A stretch of 64,000 bases of DNA from Rhodospirillales bacterium. GTDB taxonomy: Bacteria > Pseudomonadota > Alphaproteobacteria > Rhodospirillales > CAMCUA01. The notes under the pieces were generated by a model. The model searched no databases and was not told where the DNA came from. It saw only the letters and a list, made by a program, of their open reading frames with translations. This document shows positions 1 through 9,322 of this stretch, one piece after another (position 1 is the stretch's first letter; every line of letters begins with the position of its first letter). The DNA is taken from assembly GCA_965247705.1 (NCBI GenBank), contig CBDFHV010000059.1, positions 3,879 through 67,878 on the forward strand. Direction: 5' to 3'. The translations under genes and the position numbers were made by a program.

Positions 1-702
1 ACGGAGGAGGGACAGCGCCTGATCCTCGCCCGCGGCGGCCGTGGAGGCCGCGGCAACGTCCACTTCAAATCTTCCACCAACCGGACGCCCCGGGAGGCCG
101 AACCGGGCGCGCCCGGCGAGGAGATGTGGATCTGGCTGCGGCTCAAGCTGATCGCCGACGCCGGCCTGGTGGGCCTTCCCAATGCGGGTAAGTCGACCTT
201 CCTATCCGCGGTCTCCCGGGCCCGGCCCAAAGTGGCCGACTATCCTTTCACCACCCTTTACCCCCACCTGGGCGTGGTTCTGGTGGACGACCGGGAATTC
301 GTGCTGGCCGACATCCCCGGCCTCATCGAGGGCGCCCACGAGGGTGCCGGCCTGGGCGACCGTTTTTTGGGGCATGTGGAGCGCTGCGCCGTGCTGCTGC
401 ATTTGGTGGACGGAACGGCCGCCGACCCGGTCGCCGCCTATCGCATGGTGCGCCAGGAGATGAAATCCTACGGCGCCGGTCTCGCCGGAAAACCGGAGGT
501 GGTGGCCCTGAGCAAACGGGACGCCGTGGCAGCGGAAGATCTGGCGGCACGATGCGGCGCCCTCGCCGCCGCCTGCGGCCGCGACGTGTCCGCCGTGTCC
601 GCGATCACCGGCGAGGGCGTGCGGGACCTTCTGGAGGTCCTTCTGGCCCACGTGGTCCGGCAAGGCGAGGACGCCGGACGGGCGCCAGTGTATGCCCCAT
701 GA
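1..702 (+). CDS. obgE: GTPase ObgE/CgtA (5' end outside window)
   Basis: Frame is open from base 1 ([30 protein letters not shown]), then G1 [16 protein letters not shown] and G3 DIPG motifs. Confidence 0.97.
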   Translation, partial: TEEGQRLILARGGRGGRGNVHFKSSTNRTPREAEPGAPGEEMWIWLRLKLIADAGLVGLPNAGKSTFLSAVSRARPKVADYPFTTLYPHLGVVLVDDREFVLADIPGLIEGAHEGAGLGDRFLGHVERCAVLLHLVDGTAADPVAAYRMVRQEMKSYGAGLAGKPEVVALSKRDAVAAEDLAARCGALAAACGRDVSAVSAITGEGVRDLLEVLLAHVVRQGEDAGRAPVYAP

Positions 703-1319
703 AGGACCCTGTTGTGGCGGCGGACGGCGCGCGGCGGATCGGCATTCTCGGCGGTTCCTTCAACCCCGCTCACCAAGGCCACCTCCATGTCACCCACCAG
801 GCCCTCGACCACTTGAACTTGGACCAGGTGTGGTGGCTGGTATCGCCCCAGAACCCGCTCAAGGCCGCCGACGGCATGGCGTCCCTGGCGGCACGGATGG
901 CGGAAGCCCGCCTCGTGGCCACGGACAGGCGGATCCGCGTCACCGACCTGGAGCGGGACCTGGGCACCCGCTATACCGTGGATACTCTCAGGGCCCTGAA
1001 GCGACGGTTTCCTCAGATCCGCTTCGTCTGGATCATGGGCGCCGACCTGTTGATGGAGGTGCCCCGCTGGAAGGACTGGCGCGAGCTGTTTCGGTGCGTT
1101 TCCGTTGCGGTGTTCGCCCGTCCGACATATTTTAGTCGTGCCTTGTCGAGCCATGCGGCACGGCGGTTCGCCCGCCATCGCGTGCCCGCCGCGAAAGCCC
1201 GCGGGCTGGCGGATCGCCGACCTCCGGCCTGGGCCTTCTTTCGCACCCGGGTCAACGCGGCTTCGGCGACCAAGATTCGGGCACGGCGGGAGGTCGGGCA
1301 AGAGAGGCACGGCACATAA
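699..1319 (+). CDS. nadD: Nicotinate-nucleotide adenylyltransferase
   Basis: [14 protein letters not shown] (HxGH motif), WIMGAD, SATKIR. ATGA overlap with the obgE stop. Confidence 0.95.
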   Translation: MKDPVVAADGARRIGILGGSFNPAHQGHLHVTHQALDHLNLDQVWWLVSPQNPLKAADGMASLAARMAEARLVATDRRIRVTDLERDLGTRYTVDTLRALKRRFPQIRFVWIMGADLLMEVPRWKDWRELFRCVSVAVFARPTYFSRALSSHAARRFARHRVPAAKARGLADRRPPAWAFFRTRVNAASATKIRARREVGQERHGT

Positions 1320-1372
1320 GCAAGGAGCAGACCATACAGACGAACAGAGGCGGTCCACCGGCGAGCGAAGCG

Positions 1373-1738
1373 TTGCTTTCGCTGGTGACGAAGTCCCTCG
1401 ACGATGACAAGGCGCGCGACGTGGTCGTCATCGAACTCGCCGGCAAGTCCACGATGGCCGACTACATGGTCATCTGTTCCGGCACCTCGCAACGCCAAAT
1501 TCATGCCATGGCGGATCATCTGCGCGATCGCCTCAAGGCTGCGGGCGCCAAGCGGTTCGCGGTGGAAGGGCGGTCCCAAGCGGACTGGGTTCTTCTCGAT
1601 GCCGGAGACGTGATCGTTCACATCTTCCGCCCCGAAGTCCGGGATTTTTACAGTCTCGAAAAGATGTGGGGAGACGCGGCGTCACCGGTCGCGGCCGGGG
1701 AGGTGCCCGAAACATCGCCGAGCGGCATGATCGCCTGA
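1373..1738 (+). CDS. rsfS: Ribosome silencing factor RsfS (Iojap); true start may be upstream at 1334
   Basis: SLDDDKARDVVVI, ADYMVICSGTSQRQI, DWVLLDAGDVIVHIFRPEVRDFYSLEKMW. Lies in nadD-rsfS-rlmH order. Confidence 0.95.
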   Translation: MLSLVTKSLDDDKARDVVVIELAGKSTMADYMVICSGTSQRQIHAMADHLRDRLKAAGAKRFAVEGRSQADWVLLDAGDVIVHIFRPEVRDFYSLEKMWGDAASPVAAGEVPETSPSGMIA

Positions 1739-1769
1739 CCGAAACTCTCGCCAAACGCCTGATCCGGCC

Positions 1770-2237
1770 ATGCGCATCGCCATCGTCGCCGTAGGACGCT
1801 TTGGCGCCGGTCGAAAGCGCCCGGAAGCCGCCCTCTACGACCACTTCGCCGGCAGAATTCGGCCACCCCCGGTGCTTCGCGAGATTGCCGAAGCGCGCGG
1901 TCGCGGCGCCGCGGAACGAAAGCGCCGTGAAGGCCAGGCTCTGTTGAAGGCGATCCCCCCAGGCGCCGTCGCCGTCGCCCTGGACGCCGCTGGCGATCCC
2001 GTGGACAGTCCGGCCTTCGCGGCGTGGCTTGCCGCCCAAGAGGACGCCGGCGTCGATGCGCTGTGTTTCCTGATCGGCGGCGCCGACGGTCATGACGGCG
2101 CGGTGTTGGCGGCGGCCCGGCGCCGCCTGTCCCTCGGCACCATGACGTGGCCACATCTTCTGGTTCGGAGTATGCTGGCCGAACAGATTTACCGTGCCCA
2201 GACCATTCGCGCCGGTCACCCGTACCACCGTGCGTGA
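1770..2237 (+). CDS. rlmH: 23S rRNA (pseudouridine1915-N3)-methyltransferase
   Basis: FLIGGADG, LSLGTMTWPHLLVRSMLAEQIYRA, GHPYHR C-terminus. Confidence 0.96.
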   Translation: MRIAIVAVGRFGAGRKRPEAALYDHFAGRIRPPPVLREIAEARGRGAAERKRREGQALLKAIPPGAVAVALDAAGDPVDSPAFAAWLAAQEDAGVDALCFLIGGADGHDGAVLAAARRRLSLGTMTWPHLLVRSMLAEQIYRAQTIRAGHPYHRA

Positions 2238-2287
2238 CCCATGGTATAGGGGCGACGCGCCATGGAACATTCCATCCACGGACCCAT

Positions 2288-3877
2288 ATGACCGCCATGA
2301 CCAATCAACACAGCAGGACCTCTCGCCGCTACCGTCCCGTCGTTCTCTGTATCCTCGACGGTTGGGGCGAGCGCACCGAGCGCACCGAGAATGCCATTGC
2401 CCTTGCCGACACGCCCAATTGGGATCGGTTCAAGGCCGAATGCCCCCATTCGCTGCTTCAGGCTTCGGCCGACGAGGTCGGATTGCCCGCGGGGCAGATG
2501 GGAAACTCGGAGGTCGGGCACATGAACCTGGGCGCCGGTCGCATCGTGCAGCAGGACCTTCCCCGCATCGACTCGGCCATTGCCGACGCCACGCTGGCGA
2601 CCAACCCGGCGATGAAGGAATTCGTCGCCAGGATGACCGACAGCGGCGGTGCTTGCCACTTGCTCGGACTCCTGTCTCCGGGCGGTGTCCATTCCCATCA
2701 GCGCCATATCGCGGCCCTGGCGCGGATCCTCTCGGAAGCCCGCATCCCGGTTCGGATTCATGCCTTTCTGGATGGCCGCGATACGCCGCCCCGATCGGCG
2801 GCGGGCTATATGCGGGAATTCCTCGACGCTGTCCGGGACCTGGACGGGGTTGGCGTGGCCACGGTCAGCGGCCGCTACCACGCCATGGACCGGGACAACA
2901 GGTGGGATCGTGTCGCCAATGGCCATGGGGCCCTGATGAATGCCGAAGGCGAGCGGGTCGATGACCCCGTGGCCGCCATCGAGGCATCCTACGGGGCGGA
3001 CGTGTCGGACGAGTTCATGGTCCCCGTGGTCGTCGGCGAATACGGCGGCATGGCCGACGGCGACGGAATTCTCATGGCCAACTTCCGGTCCGACCGGGCG
3101 CGGGATATCCTGATGTCGCTGGTCGACCCGGCGTTCGCGGAATTCGAGCGGCAACGGGATGTGAGCTTCGCCGCCTTGCTGGGCATGGTCAGCTACTCCG
3201 AAGCCCTCGATTCGCGCTTTCCCGCGTTGTTTCCACCGGAGATGCCGACCGCTGTTCTGGGGGAGTTGGTGGCTGAAGCCGGCCTCAAACAGCTCAGGAT
3301 CGCCGAGACTGAGAAGTATGCCCACGTCACCTTTTTCTTCAACGGCGGCCGGGAGAGCGTGTTCGAAGGCGAGGAACGAATTCTGGTCCCGTCCCCGAAG
3401 GTCGCCACCTATGACCTCCAGCCCGAGATGTCGGCGCCCGAGGTGACGGACAAGCTCGTCGCCGCCCTCGACTCGGCAACCTTCGATCTTGTGGTGGTCA
3501 ACTACGCCAACGGCGACATGGTGGGACATACGGGAAACCTGAACGCGGCCAAGAAGGCCGCCGAGGCAGTGGACCAATGCCTGGGGCGCCTGGCCGAGGC
3601 CATCGGCCGGGCCGGCGGCGTACTGCTGATTACGGCCGATCACGGCAACGCGGAGATGATGCAGGACCCAGAGACCCACGAGCGCCATACGGCGCACACC
3701 ATGAACCCGGTCCCCTTTGTCGTCGTTGGGCCCGCGCGGTCGTGGCACGTGCGTGACGGTCGGCTGGCCGACGTGGCGCCGACCGTGCTCAGCCTGATGG
3801 GGTTGCCGAAAGCCGAGCCGATGACCGGTACGACGTTGATTGACGAGGGACCGGTTGCCTCCGTTGCCGCCCAATAG
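2288..3877 (+). CDS. gpmI: 2,3-bisphosphoglycerate-independent phosphoglycerate mutase
   Basis: PVVLCILDGWG, VGLPAGQMGNSEVGH, AETEKYAHVTFFFNGG, TADHGNAE. Confidence 0.97.
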   Translation: MTAMTNQHSRTSRRYRPVVLCILDGWGERTERTENAIALADTPNWDRFKAECPHSLLQASADEVGLPAGQMGNSEVGHMNLGAGRIVQQDLPRIDSAIADATLATNPAMKEFVARMTDSGGACHLLGLLSPGGVHSHQRHIAALARILSEARIPVRIHAFLDGRDTPPRSAAGYMREFLDAVRDLDGVGVATVSGRYHAMDRDNRWDRVANGHGALMNAEGERVDDPVAAIEASYGADVSDEFMVPVVVGEYGGMADGDGILMANFRSDRARDILMSLVDPAFAEFERQRDVSFAALLGMVSYSEALDSRFPALFPPEMPTAVLGELVAEAGLKQLRIAETEKYAHVTFFFNGGRESVFEGEERILVPSPKVATYDLQPEMSAPEVTDKLVAALDSATFDLVVVNYANGDMVGHTGNLNAAKKAAEAVDQCLGRLAEAIGRAGGVLLITADHGNAEMMQDPETHERHTAHTMNPVPFVVVGPARSWHVRDGRLADVAPTVLSLMGLPKAEPMTGTTLIDEGPVASVAAQ

Positions 3878-3878
3878 G

Positions 3879-5126
3879 GTGGGCGCCTCGGCGGCGGCCC
3901 GCGCGCTGGCCCCGGCCGTCCTGACAGCGGCTGTTCTCCTTGTCGGACTCGGACCCGCCGGCGCCGAGTCCGAAACGGATGCGCGCGCGCGCCTGCGGGC
4001 CGTGGAAGCGAACGCCCAGGCCAGCGAATCCCGCGCCAAGGTGCTTCGAAACAAGGCGTCTGAACTTGCCGAGTCGGCGCGGCGCGGCAGGCGGGCCCTC
4101 GTCGAGCTTGCCCGCGAAGTTCAAGAGCAGGAATCAACCCTCGCCGGCCTGGATCGGGAGATCGCCGATCTCGCCGACCACGAAGCCCGTGTCGCCCGCA
4201 AGATCGCCGGCAACCGAGAATCGTCGGCCCGCGTGCTGATGGCGCTGCAGCGGGTGGCGCGACGGCCGTCTGAAGCCCTGATCGTCGACGCCGCGACCCC
4301 GGTTGAGACCGTACGCTCGGCGATCCTGTTGCGTAGCGTGGTACCCCGTCTGGAGGCGCGGGTCGATCGGCTGCGCCAGGAAATGGCCGACTTGAAGAAA
4401 ACGCGGCGCGCACTGGTGGCCAGGCGCGCGGAGCGGACGGATATGGCCGGCGTCCTCGCCGGGCAACGGAAACGCCTGGAATCCCTGATCGAGGACTACG
4501 CCACGGGAAGCAGCGAAGCCCGAATAGCCGGGGCCGCGGCGGCGGAACGGGCCAACGATCTGGCGCGGGAGGCCGCCGACCTTCGCGATCTCCTGGGCCG
4601 CCTGGATACCCAACGACGGGACCGGGAAGCCCGTGAACGGGAAGCGCGGAAGACACGCCAGCGGGTGCCTCGGGAAGCCGGCGCAGTTCCACCGCCACCG
4701 CCGGCGGCGCAACGCCCGATCGCCGAATCCCGAGGCTCTCTGCCGTTCCCCGCCGTCGGGCGAATCGTCGGCCAATATGGTCAGAGAACGGGCCCCGGCA
4801 TGACACGCAAGGGTCTGCTCCTACGCACCGTGGACGGCGCCCAGGTCATCGCTCCTTACGGCGGTCGGGTCGTTTACGCCGGGCCCTTTCGGGGGTATGG
4901 GCTTCTCTTGATCATTGAGCACGGCGCCGGATATCATACCCTGCTCGCCGGAATGGCCCGGGTCGATGTGGCTATCGGGCAATGGGTGCTGGCCGGGGAA
5001 CCGGTGGCGACAATGGGGGCCGCCACTTCGGAACCGCCGGAATTATACGTGGAACTGCGCCGCAACGGACAGCCCATCAACCCGCTACCGTGGCTGGCAA
5101 ATCGCAAGGGAAAGGTAAACGGATGA
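3879..5126 (+). CDS. envC: Murein hydrolase activator EnvC-like (coiled coil + M23 domain); start uncertain (3840 or 3879)
   Basis: Signal peptide, long coiled coil, C-terminal M23 fold (YAGPFRGYGLLLIIEHG, LYVELRRNGQPINPLPWL) with degenerate Zn ligands. Confidence 0.88.
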   Translation: MGASAAARALAPAVLTAAVLLVGLGPAGAESETDARARLRAVEANAQASESRAKVLRNKASELAESARRGRRALVELAREVQEQESTLAGLDREIADLADHEARVARKIAGNRESSARVLMALQRVARRPSEALIVDAATPVETVRSAILLRSVVPRLEARVDRLRQEMADLKKTRRALVARRAERTDMAGVLAGQRKRLESLIEDYATGSSEARIAGAAAAERANDLAREAADLRDLLGRLDTQRRDREAREREARKTRQRVPREAGAVPPPPPAAQRPIAESRGSLPFPAVGRIVGQYGQRTGPGMTRKGLLLRTVDGAQVIAPYGGRVVYAGPFRGYGLLLIIEHGAGYHTLLAGMARVDVAIGQWVLAGEPVATMGAATSEPPELYVELRRNGQPINPLPWLANRKGKVNG

Positions 5127-6415
5127 CGCATCGCAGGTCTTGTTTGGCCGTCTATATGACCGTTGTCGTCGGTCTCATGCTCGCCCCCGTGGCCTATGCC
5201 GCCGAGGACGATAAGAAGAGCGTCGACACCTACCGGCTGCTCAACCTGTTCGGCGATGTGTTCGAGCGCGTTCGATCCGACTACGTCGAATATCCCACCG
5301 ACCAGGAACTCATCGAATCGGCGATCACGGGCATGTTGAGCTCGCTGGACCCGCACTCCAGCTACATGAACGCCAAGAATTTTCGCGAGATGCAGGTGCA
5401 GACTAGGGGTTCCTTTGGCGGCCTGGGCATCGAGGTCACGATGGAGCGCGGCCTGGTGAAGGTGGTGTCCCCCATTGACGACACGCCGGCCCACCGCGCG
5501 GGCGTGGAACCCGGCGACTTCATCACCCATCTCGACGGTGACGCGGTGATGGGACTGACCCTGTCCGAGGCCGTGGAGAAGATGCGTGGCCCCGTGGGCA
5601 CCGACCTCAAGCTCACCATTCGGCGCGGCACTCAGGACGCCTTCGATGTCACCCTCACCCGCGCCGTCGTCAAGATCGAAAGCGTGCGTTCCCAGATCGA
5701 GGGAACGATCGGCTACGTCCGGGTCACATCGTTCAGCGAGCAGTCCGACAAGGGGATCAAAAAAGCGTTCGGAAAGTTTGAAAAGGAGCTCGGGGACAAG
5801 CTCCAGGGGGTCGTGCTCGATCTGCGCAACAATCCGGGCGGCCTCCTCGATCAGGCCGTGGCGGTATCCGACACGTTCCTGGACAAGGGCGAAATCGTCT
5901 CCACCCGGTCTCGGCGGTCAGAAGATACCCAGCGCTTCAACGCCCGTCCCGGCGACCTGGCGGAGGGCCTGCCCATGATCGTGCTGGTGAACGGCGGATC
6001 GGCCTCGGCCTCGGAGATCGTTGCCGGCGCCCTGCAGGACCACCGGCGCGCCATCATCATGGGCACCAAGACCTTCGGCAAGGGTTCGGTCCAGACCATC
6101 ATACCGTTGCCCGGCCACGGCGCGATGCGGTTGACCACGGCGCGCTACTTCACTCCCTCCGGCAGGTCAATCCAGGCCAAGGGAATCGACCCGGATATCG
6201 AGGTGATGCAGGCGAAGTTGGAAGCCCTCGACGCGCCCAGCCGCCGTCGCGAAGCCGATCTGCGCGGTGCACTGGATACGCCGAAAGATGGCGACGCGAA
6301 GGGGGAATCGCCCGAGGCTGATGCCAAACCGGACACCCCGCAGGATTACCAGTTGGCTCGGGCCATCGATCTGTTGCGCGGTATCGGCCTCTACCGCAAC
6401 GGTACCACGGAGTAG
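5123..6415 (+). CDS. ctpA: Carboxyl-terminal processing protease (S41 family, PDZ domain)
   Basis: LDPHSSY, GGLGIEV (PDZ), DLRNNPGGLL, SASASEIVAGALQD, KTFGKGSVQ. ATGA overlap with envC. Confidence 0.96.
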   Translation: MTHRRSCLAVYMTVVVGLMLAPVAYAAEDDKKSVDTYRLLNLFGDVFERVRSDYVEYPTDQELIESAITGMLSSLDPHSSYMNAKNFREMQVQTRGSFGGLGIEVTMERGLVKVVSPIDDTPAHRAGVEPGDFITHLDGDAVMGLTLSEAVEKMRGPVGTDLKLTIRRGTQDAFDVTLTRAVVKIESVRSQIEGTIGYVRVTSFSEQSDKGIKKAFGKFEKELGDKLQGVVLDLRNNPGGLLDQAVAVSDTFLDKGEIVSTRSRRSEDTQRFNARPGDLAEGLPMIVLVNGGSASASEIVAGALQDHRRAIIMGTKTFGKGSVQTIIPLPGHGAMRLTTARYFTPSGRSIQAKGIDPDIEVMQAKLEALDAPSRRREADLRGALDTPKDGDAKGESPEADAKPDTPQDYQLARAIDLLRGIGLYRNGTTE

Positions 6416-6472
6416 CGGGACCATAGGCGCCGTCGGCGGACACCGTTCCGCCGACGGGTAGCGAGGGATGGC

Positions 6473-8116
6473 GTGAAGCTTCCCTTCAATCTGGGGCGGC
6501 GCCGAAAGTCGGACGCCGAGGACGAAGAGGACCCGGAGTTCGCCGGGGATCCCGACGACCTCTACGATCCGGACGATCCCGACCGGGAATCCTCGACCGC
6601 TCCGCCAGACGATAGACCGGCGGCGGCCGACGGCGAGGATTCGGAAGCGGAGCCAGTGGGCGGGGAAACGGACGCCGGCGAAGACGATCTCGAAGACCCG
6701 GCCGATTTCGATGATGATGACGACGATGGCGCCAGGGACGACAAGCCGTCCCGTCGCCTATGGCCGCCGCCGCGGGTGGCGGTATTCGCGACCATCGGTG
6801 TGGCTGGTGTGCTGGTGGTGGGCGGCATCGTCTGGTGGCTGATGGGCACCCCCGACGACGGCATGGCCGCGGACCACGGCGCCCCGAAGGGCCCCCGGGT
6901 GGTCGTGCCCCTGGCGCCCAAATCGGCCGCCGGTAGCCTGAACCAGCTAGTGGAGTCCAAGCCCGGAAACCCTGCCACGCCGCCGGCTGGTGGGCTCACG
7001 CCGTCACCGATGGGGCTTACGCCGTCACCTGCCGGGCTTGCGCCGGCACCCGCCGGACTTGCGCCGCCGCCGACATCGCCGGCAATGACCGAGGAGTCCG
7101 CCCCAGGGCAGTCCCTGGACGGCCCGAGCACCGCCATGGTCGAATCTCCCACGACCTCGCCGGCGGGGGAAGAGGTTCCCCAAGGGTCGACGGCGACATC
7201 GGAAGCGCTGCCCGCGGCCGCCGAGTCGACGCCGGGCGCCGGAATCGTCGTCGCATCCGTCGCTCCCGGCGCTTTCGGCGGTCTGGCGCCAGACGCCGAC
7301 GTCGTACCCCTCGATCCGGTGCCGGATGCGGCCCTAATCGAAGAACGGGACGGAGGGAATCTGCCGAAGACCGGAGAAGACGGGCGGCGGCCGTGGCAGG
7401 TCTACGCGAAGGCTTTCCAGCCGCCCGAGAACGTGCGCGGATTGATCGGCATTGTGGTGGTGGAGATGGGGTTGAGCCCCACGGCCACCGAAGCCGCCAT
7501 TCGCTACCTGCCATCACCGATAACCCTGGCATTCGATCCCTATGCACAGGATCTGGAGTCCTGGGGTCGCCGCGCCCGGGAGGCGGGCCATGAGTTCCTG
7601 GTTTCCCTGCCCATGGAGCCCGAGGGCTTCCCGGCGGTGGATCCGGGGCCGTTCGCGCTGCTGACGTCGCAGGAGCCGGCGGAACGTCGTGAGCGCCTCG
7701 AAACCGTCATGGGCCGGATGGCGGGCTACGTGGGGATGTTGGGTTTGCACGGGTCGCGTTTCATGGCCGAAGAAGAACTTGTGACCCCTGTCCTGACGGC
7801 CATGAAATGGCGCGGCGTGCTGTTTGTCGATGCGAGCCTGACGGCCCAATCCCAGGGTCCCGTGCTGGCCGCCAAACTCAAACTGCCATGGGCGAAGGTG
7901 GACTTGGCGCTGGATGACGATCCCCTGGCCAACCAGATCGACAGCGCCTTGGCCAACTTGAGCGCGCTGGCGGGCAAGAACGGTGTGGCCATCGCAATGG
8001 TTCGGCCGTATCCCACCACCCTGAAACGCCTGGCTGCTTGGATTCCAGGCTTGAAGGACCAAGGCCTGACCCTGGCGCCGGTGTCCGCCCTGGCCGGCCG
8101 GCAGGCGCTTCCTTGA
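6473..8116 (+). CDS. Divergent polysaccharide deacetylase family protein with acidic N-terminus, one TM helix and Pro-rich linker
   Basis: C-terminal domain ITLAFDPY, GHEFLVSLPMEP, DPGPFALL, RGVLFVD. Typical position between ctpA and rppH. Confidence 0.85.
   Translation: MKLPFNLGRRRKSDAEDEEDPEFAGDPDDLYDPDDPDRESSTAPPDDRPAAADGEDSEAEPVGGETDAGEDDLEDPADFDDDDDDGARDDKPSRRLWPPPRVAVFATIGVAGVLVVGGIVWWLMGTPDDGMAADHGAPKGPRVVVPLAPKSAAGSLNQLVESKPGNPATPPAGGLTPSPMGLTPSPAGLAPAPAGLAPPPTSPAMTEESAPGQSLDGPSTAMVESPTTSPAGEEVPQGSTATSEALPAAAESTPGAGIVVASVAPGAFGGLAPDADVVPLDPVPDAALIEERDGGNLPKTGEDGRRPWQVYAKAFQPPENVRGLIGIVVVEMGLSPTATEAAIRYLPSPITLAFDPYAQDLESWGRRAREAGHEFLVSLPMEPEGFPAVDPGPFALLTSQEPAERRERLETVMGRMAGYVGMLGLHGSRFMAEEELVTPVLTAMKWRGVLFVDASLTAQSQGPVLAAKLKLPWAKVDLALDDDPLANQIDSALANLSALAGKNGVAIAMVRPYPTTLKRLAAWIPGLKDQGLTLAPVSALAGRQALP
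6992..7075 (+). repeat. Intragenic 21-nt tandem repeat, 4 degenerate copies (GLTPSPM GLTPSPA GLAPAPA GLAPPPT)
   Basis: gggctcacgccgtcaccgatg / gggcttacgccgtcacctgcc / gggcttgcgccggcacccgcc / ggacttgcgccgccgccgaca. Confidence 0.8.
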
Positions 8117-8631
8117 ATCGATCGACGGGCGAGACAGGGACTTACCGGCCCTGCGTCGGCGCGGTTGTGTTCGCCCGCGACGGCCGAGTCCTGATGGGGC
8201 GACGGACCGGCATGGCGGGTGAATTCTGGCAGTTCCCCCAGGGTGGCATCGATGCGGGCGAGACCCCGCGCGAAGCCCTCCTTCGCGAAGTAGAGGAGGA
8301 GATTGGCACCGATCAAGTCACCATTGTCGCCGAATGCGGGGACTGGCTGAGCTACGACCTGCCGCCCGAGATTGCCGATCGCATGTGGGGCGGGAGGTAT
8401 CGCGGCCAACGACAGAAGTGGTTCGCGCTGCGATTCACCGGCGAGGACGATGACATCCGTCTCGACGCGCACCAACTGCCGGAGTTCGATGCCTGGCGCT
8501 GGGTTCGCCTGTCGGAGGCGCCGACGCTGATCATCGAATTCAAGCGCCCGGTTTACGAACGCATCGTTGCCGCCTTCTCCGCCCTCGCCGAAGGCTCACC
8601 GCTCAGCGGAGACGAACCGCCGTCCCATTAG
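8113..8631 (+). CDS. rppH: RNA pyrophosphohydrolase (Nudix)
   Basis: YRPCVG, WQFPQGGID, Nudix box ALLREVEEEIG, YRGQRQKWF, EFDAWRW. TTGA overlap with the upstream stop. Confidence 0.95.
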   Translation: MNRSTGETGTYRPCVGAVVFARDGRVLMGRRTGMAGEFWQFPQGGIDAGETPREALLREVEEEIGTDQVTIVAECGDWLSYDLPPEIADRMWGGRYRGQRQKWFALRFTGEDDDIRLDAHQLPEFDAWRWVRLSEAPTLIIEFKRPVYERIVAAFSALAEGSPLSGDEPPSH

Positions 8632-8926
8632 CCACGACCATCCACATGGTGCGGCTTTCGCCGCCAATGGACTGGTAGTCGATGTCGATGGCGACCACCG
8701 CGTCGGCACCCATGGTCTCGGCCCGTTCCCGCAGTTTCCTCATGGCGCGGTCCTTGGCGTAGACGAGTTCGTCCTCGTAGCCCGAGAGGTGTTCCTCGCT
8801 CAAGTTGCGTACGTCGTCGATATAGGTTCGGAAAATGCTTGCACCCATGATTGCCTCTCCTGAAATCACGCCCAGGTAGGTCTCAATAGGACGTCCCTCG
8901 ATGAAGTCCGTGGTCGTGGTCAGCAT
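8603..8926 (-). CDS. YbjQ/UPF0145 family putative heavy-metal-binding protein
   Basis: MLTTTTDFIEGRPIETYLGVISGEAIMGA, GADAVVAIDIDY, MVVANGTAV. Confidence 0.9.
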   Translation of the reverse strand: MLTTTTDFIEGRPIETYLGVISGEAIMGASIFRTYIDDVRNLSEEHLSGYEDELVYAKDRAMRKLRERAETMGADAVVAIDIDYQSIGGESRTMWMVVANGTAVRLR

Positions 8927-9079
8927 GGGTGTTCCTTTTCTGGCGCATCGTCGTGCCGTGACGGAACGCGCAGAATACACCATCGTTCCTTGGTGTTATC
9001 CCCTCCCGCAGGGCAACGGATTGCGTGTCCGCCGCGCCTTCGCCACCATGGGGCATTCACCAGCCGGGCGGGGGCGGCC

Positions 9080-9322
9080 ATGAAGACCGTGGGACAGGAA
9101 CCAGCGAAGCGTGAGGCCAGTGTGTCCCGCGAAGAGGAGATCGCGGTGCTGCGGCGCGAACTGGCGGCCCTCGGTCTGACCATTCCGAATGGTTTGGAAG
9201 GCCAGTGGGCCGATGCCTGGATGCGTATCGAGGTCCTTACCCGCCGCGTACGGCAACGCGCGGGGCGGGAGGGTGGGGAGCCGGCGCACCTGTTTTCCGT
9301 GGATCGGACCCCCCGCCCATGA
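9080..9322 (+). CDS. Small amidase-associated protein (AtzG/GatC-like), 80 aa
   Basis: Helical protein ending in EPAHLF. Its stop overlaps the amidase start (ATGA). Confidence 0.6.
   Translation: MKTVGQEPAKREASVSREEEIAVLRRELAALGLTIPNGLEGQWADAWMRIEVLTRRVRQRAGREGGEPAHLFSVDRTPRP

Noticed and set aside
2216-4054. 612-aa minus-strand ORF and many similar long antisense ORFs (e.g. 28127-29818, 32962-34632, 43360-45012, 44889-47207, 48731-50617)
   Set aside because: They are shadow frames of well-supported genes on the opposite strand, expected in high-GC DNA, and carry no recognisable motifs.
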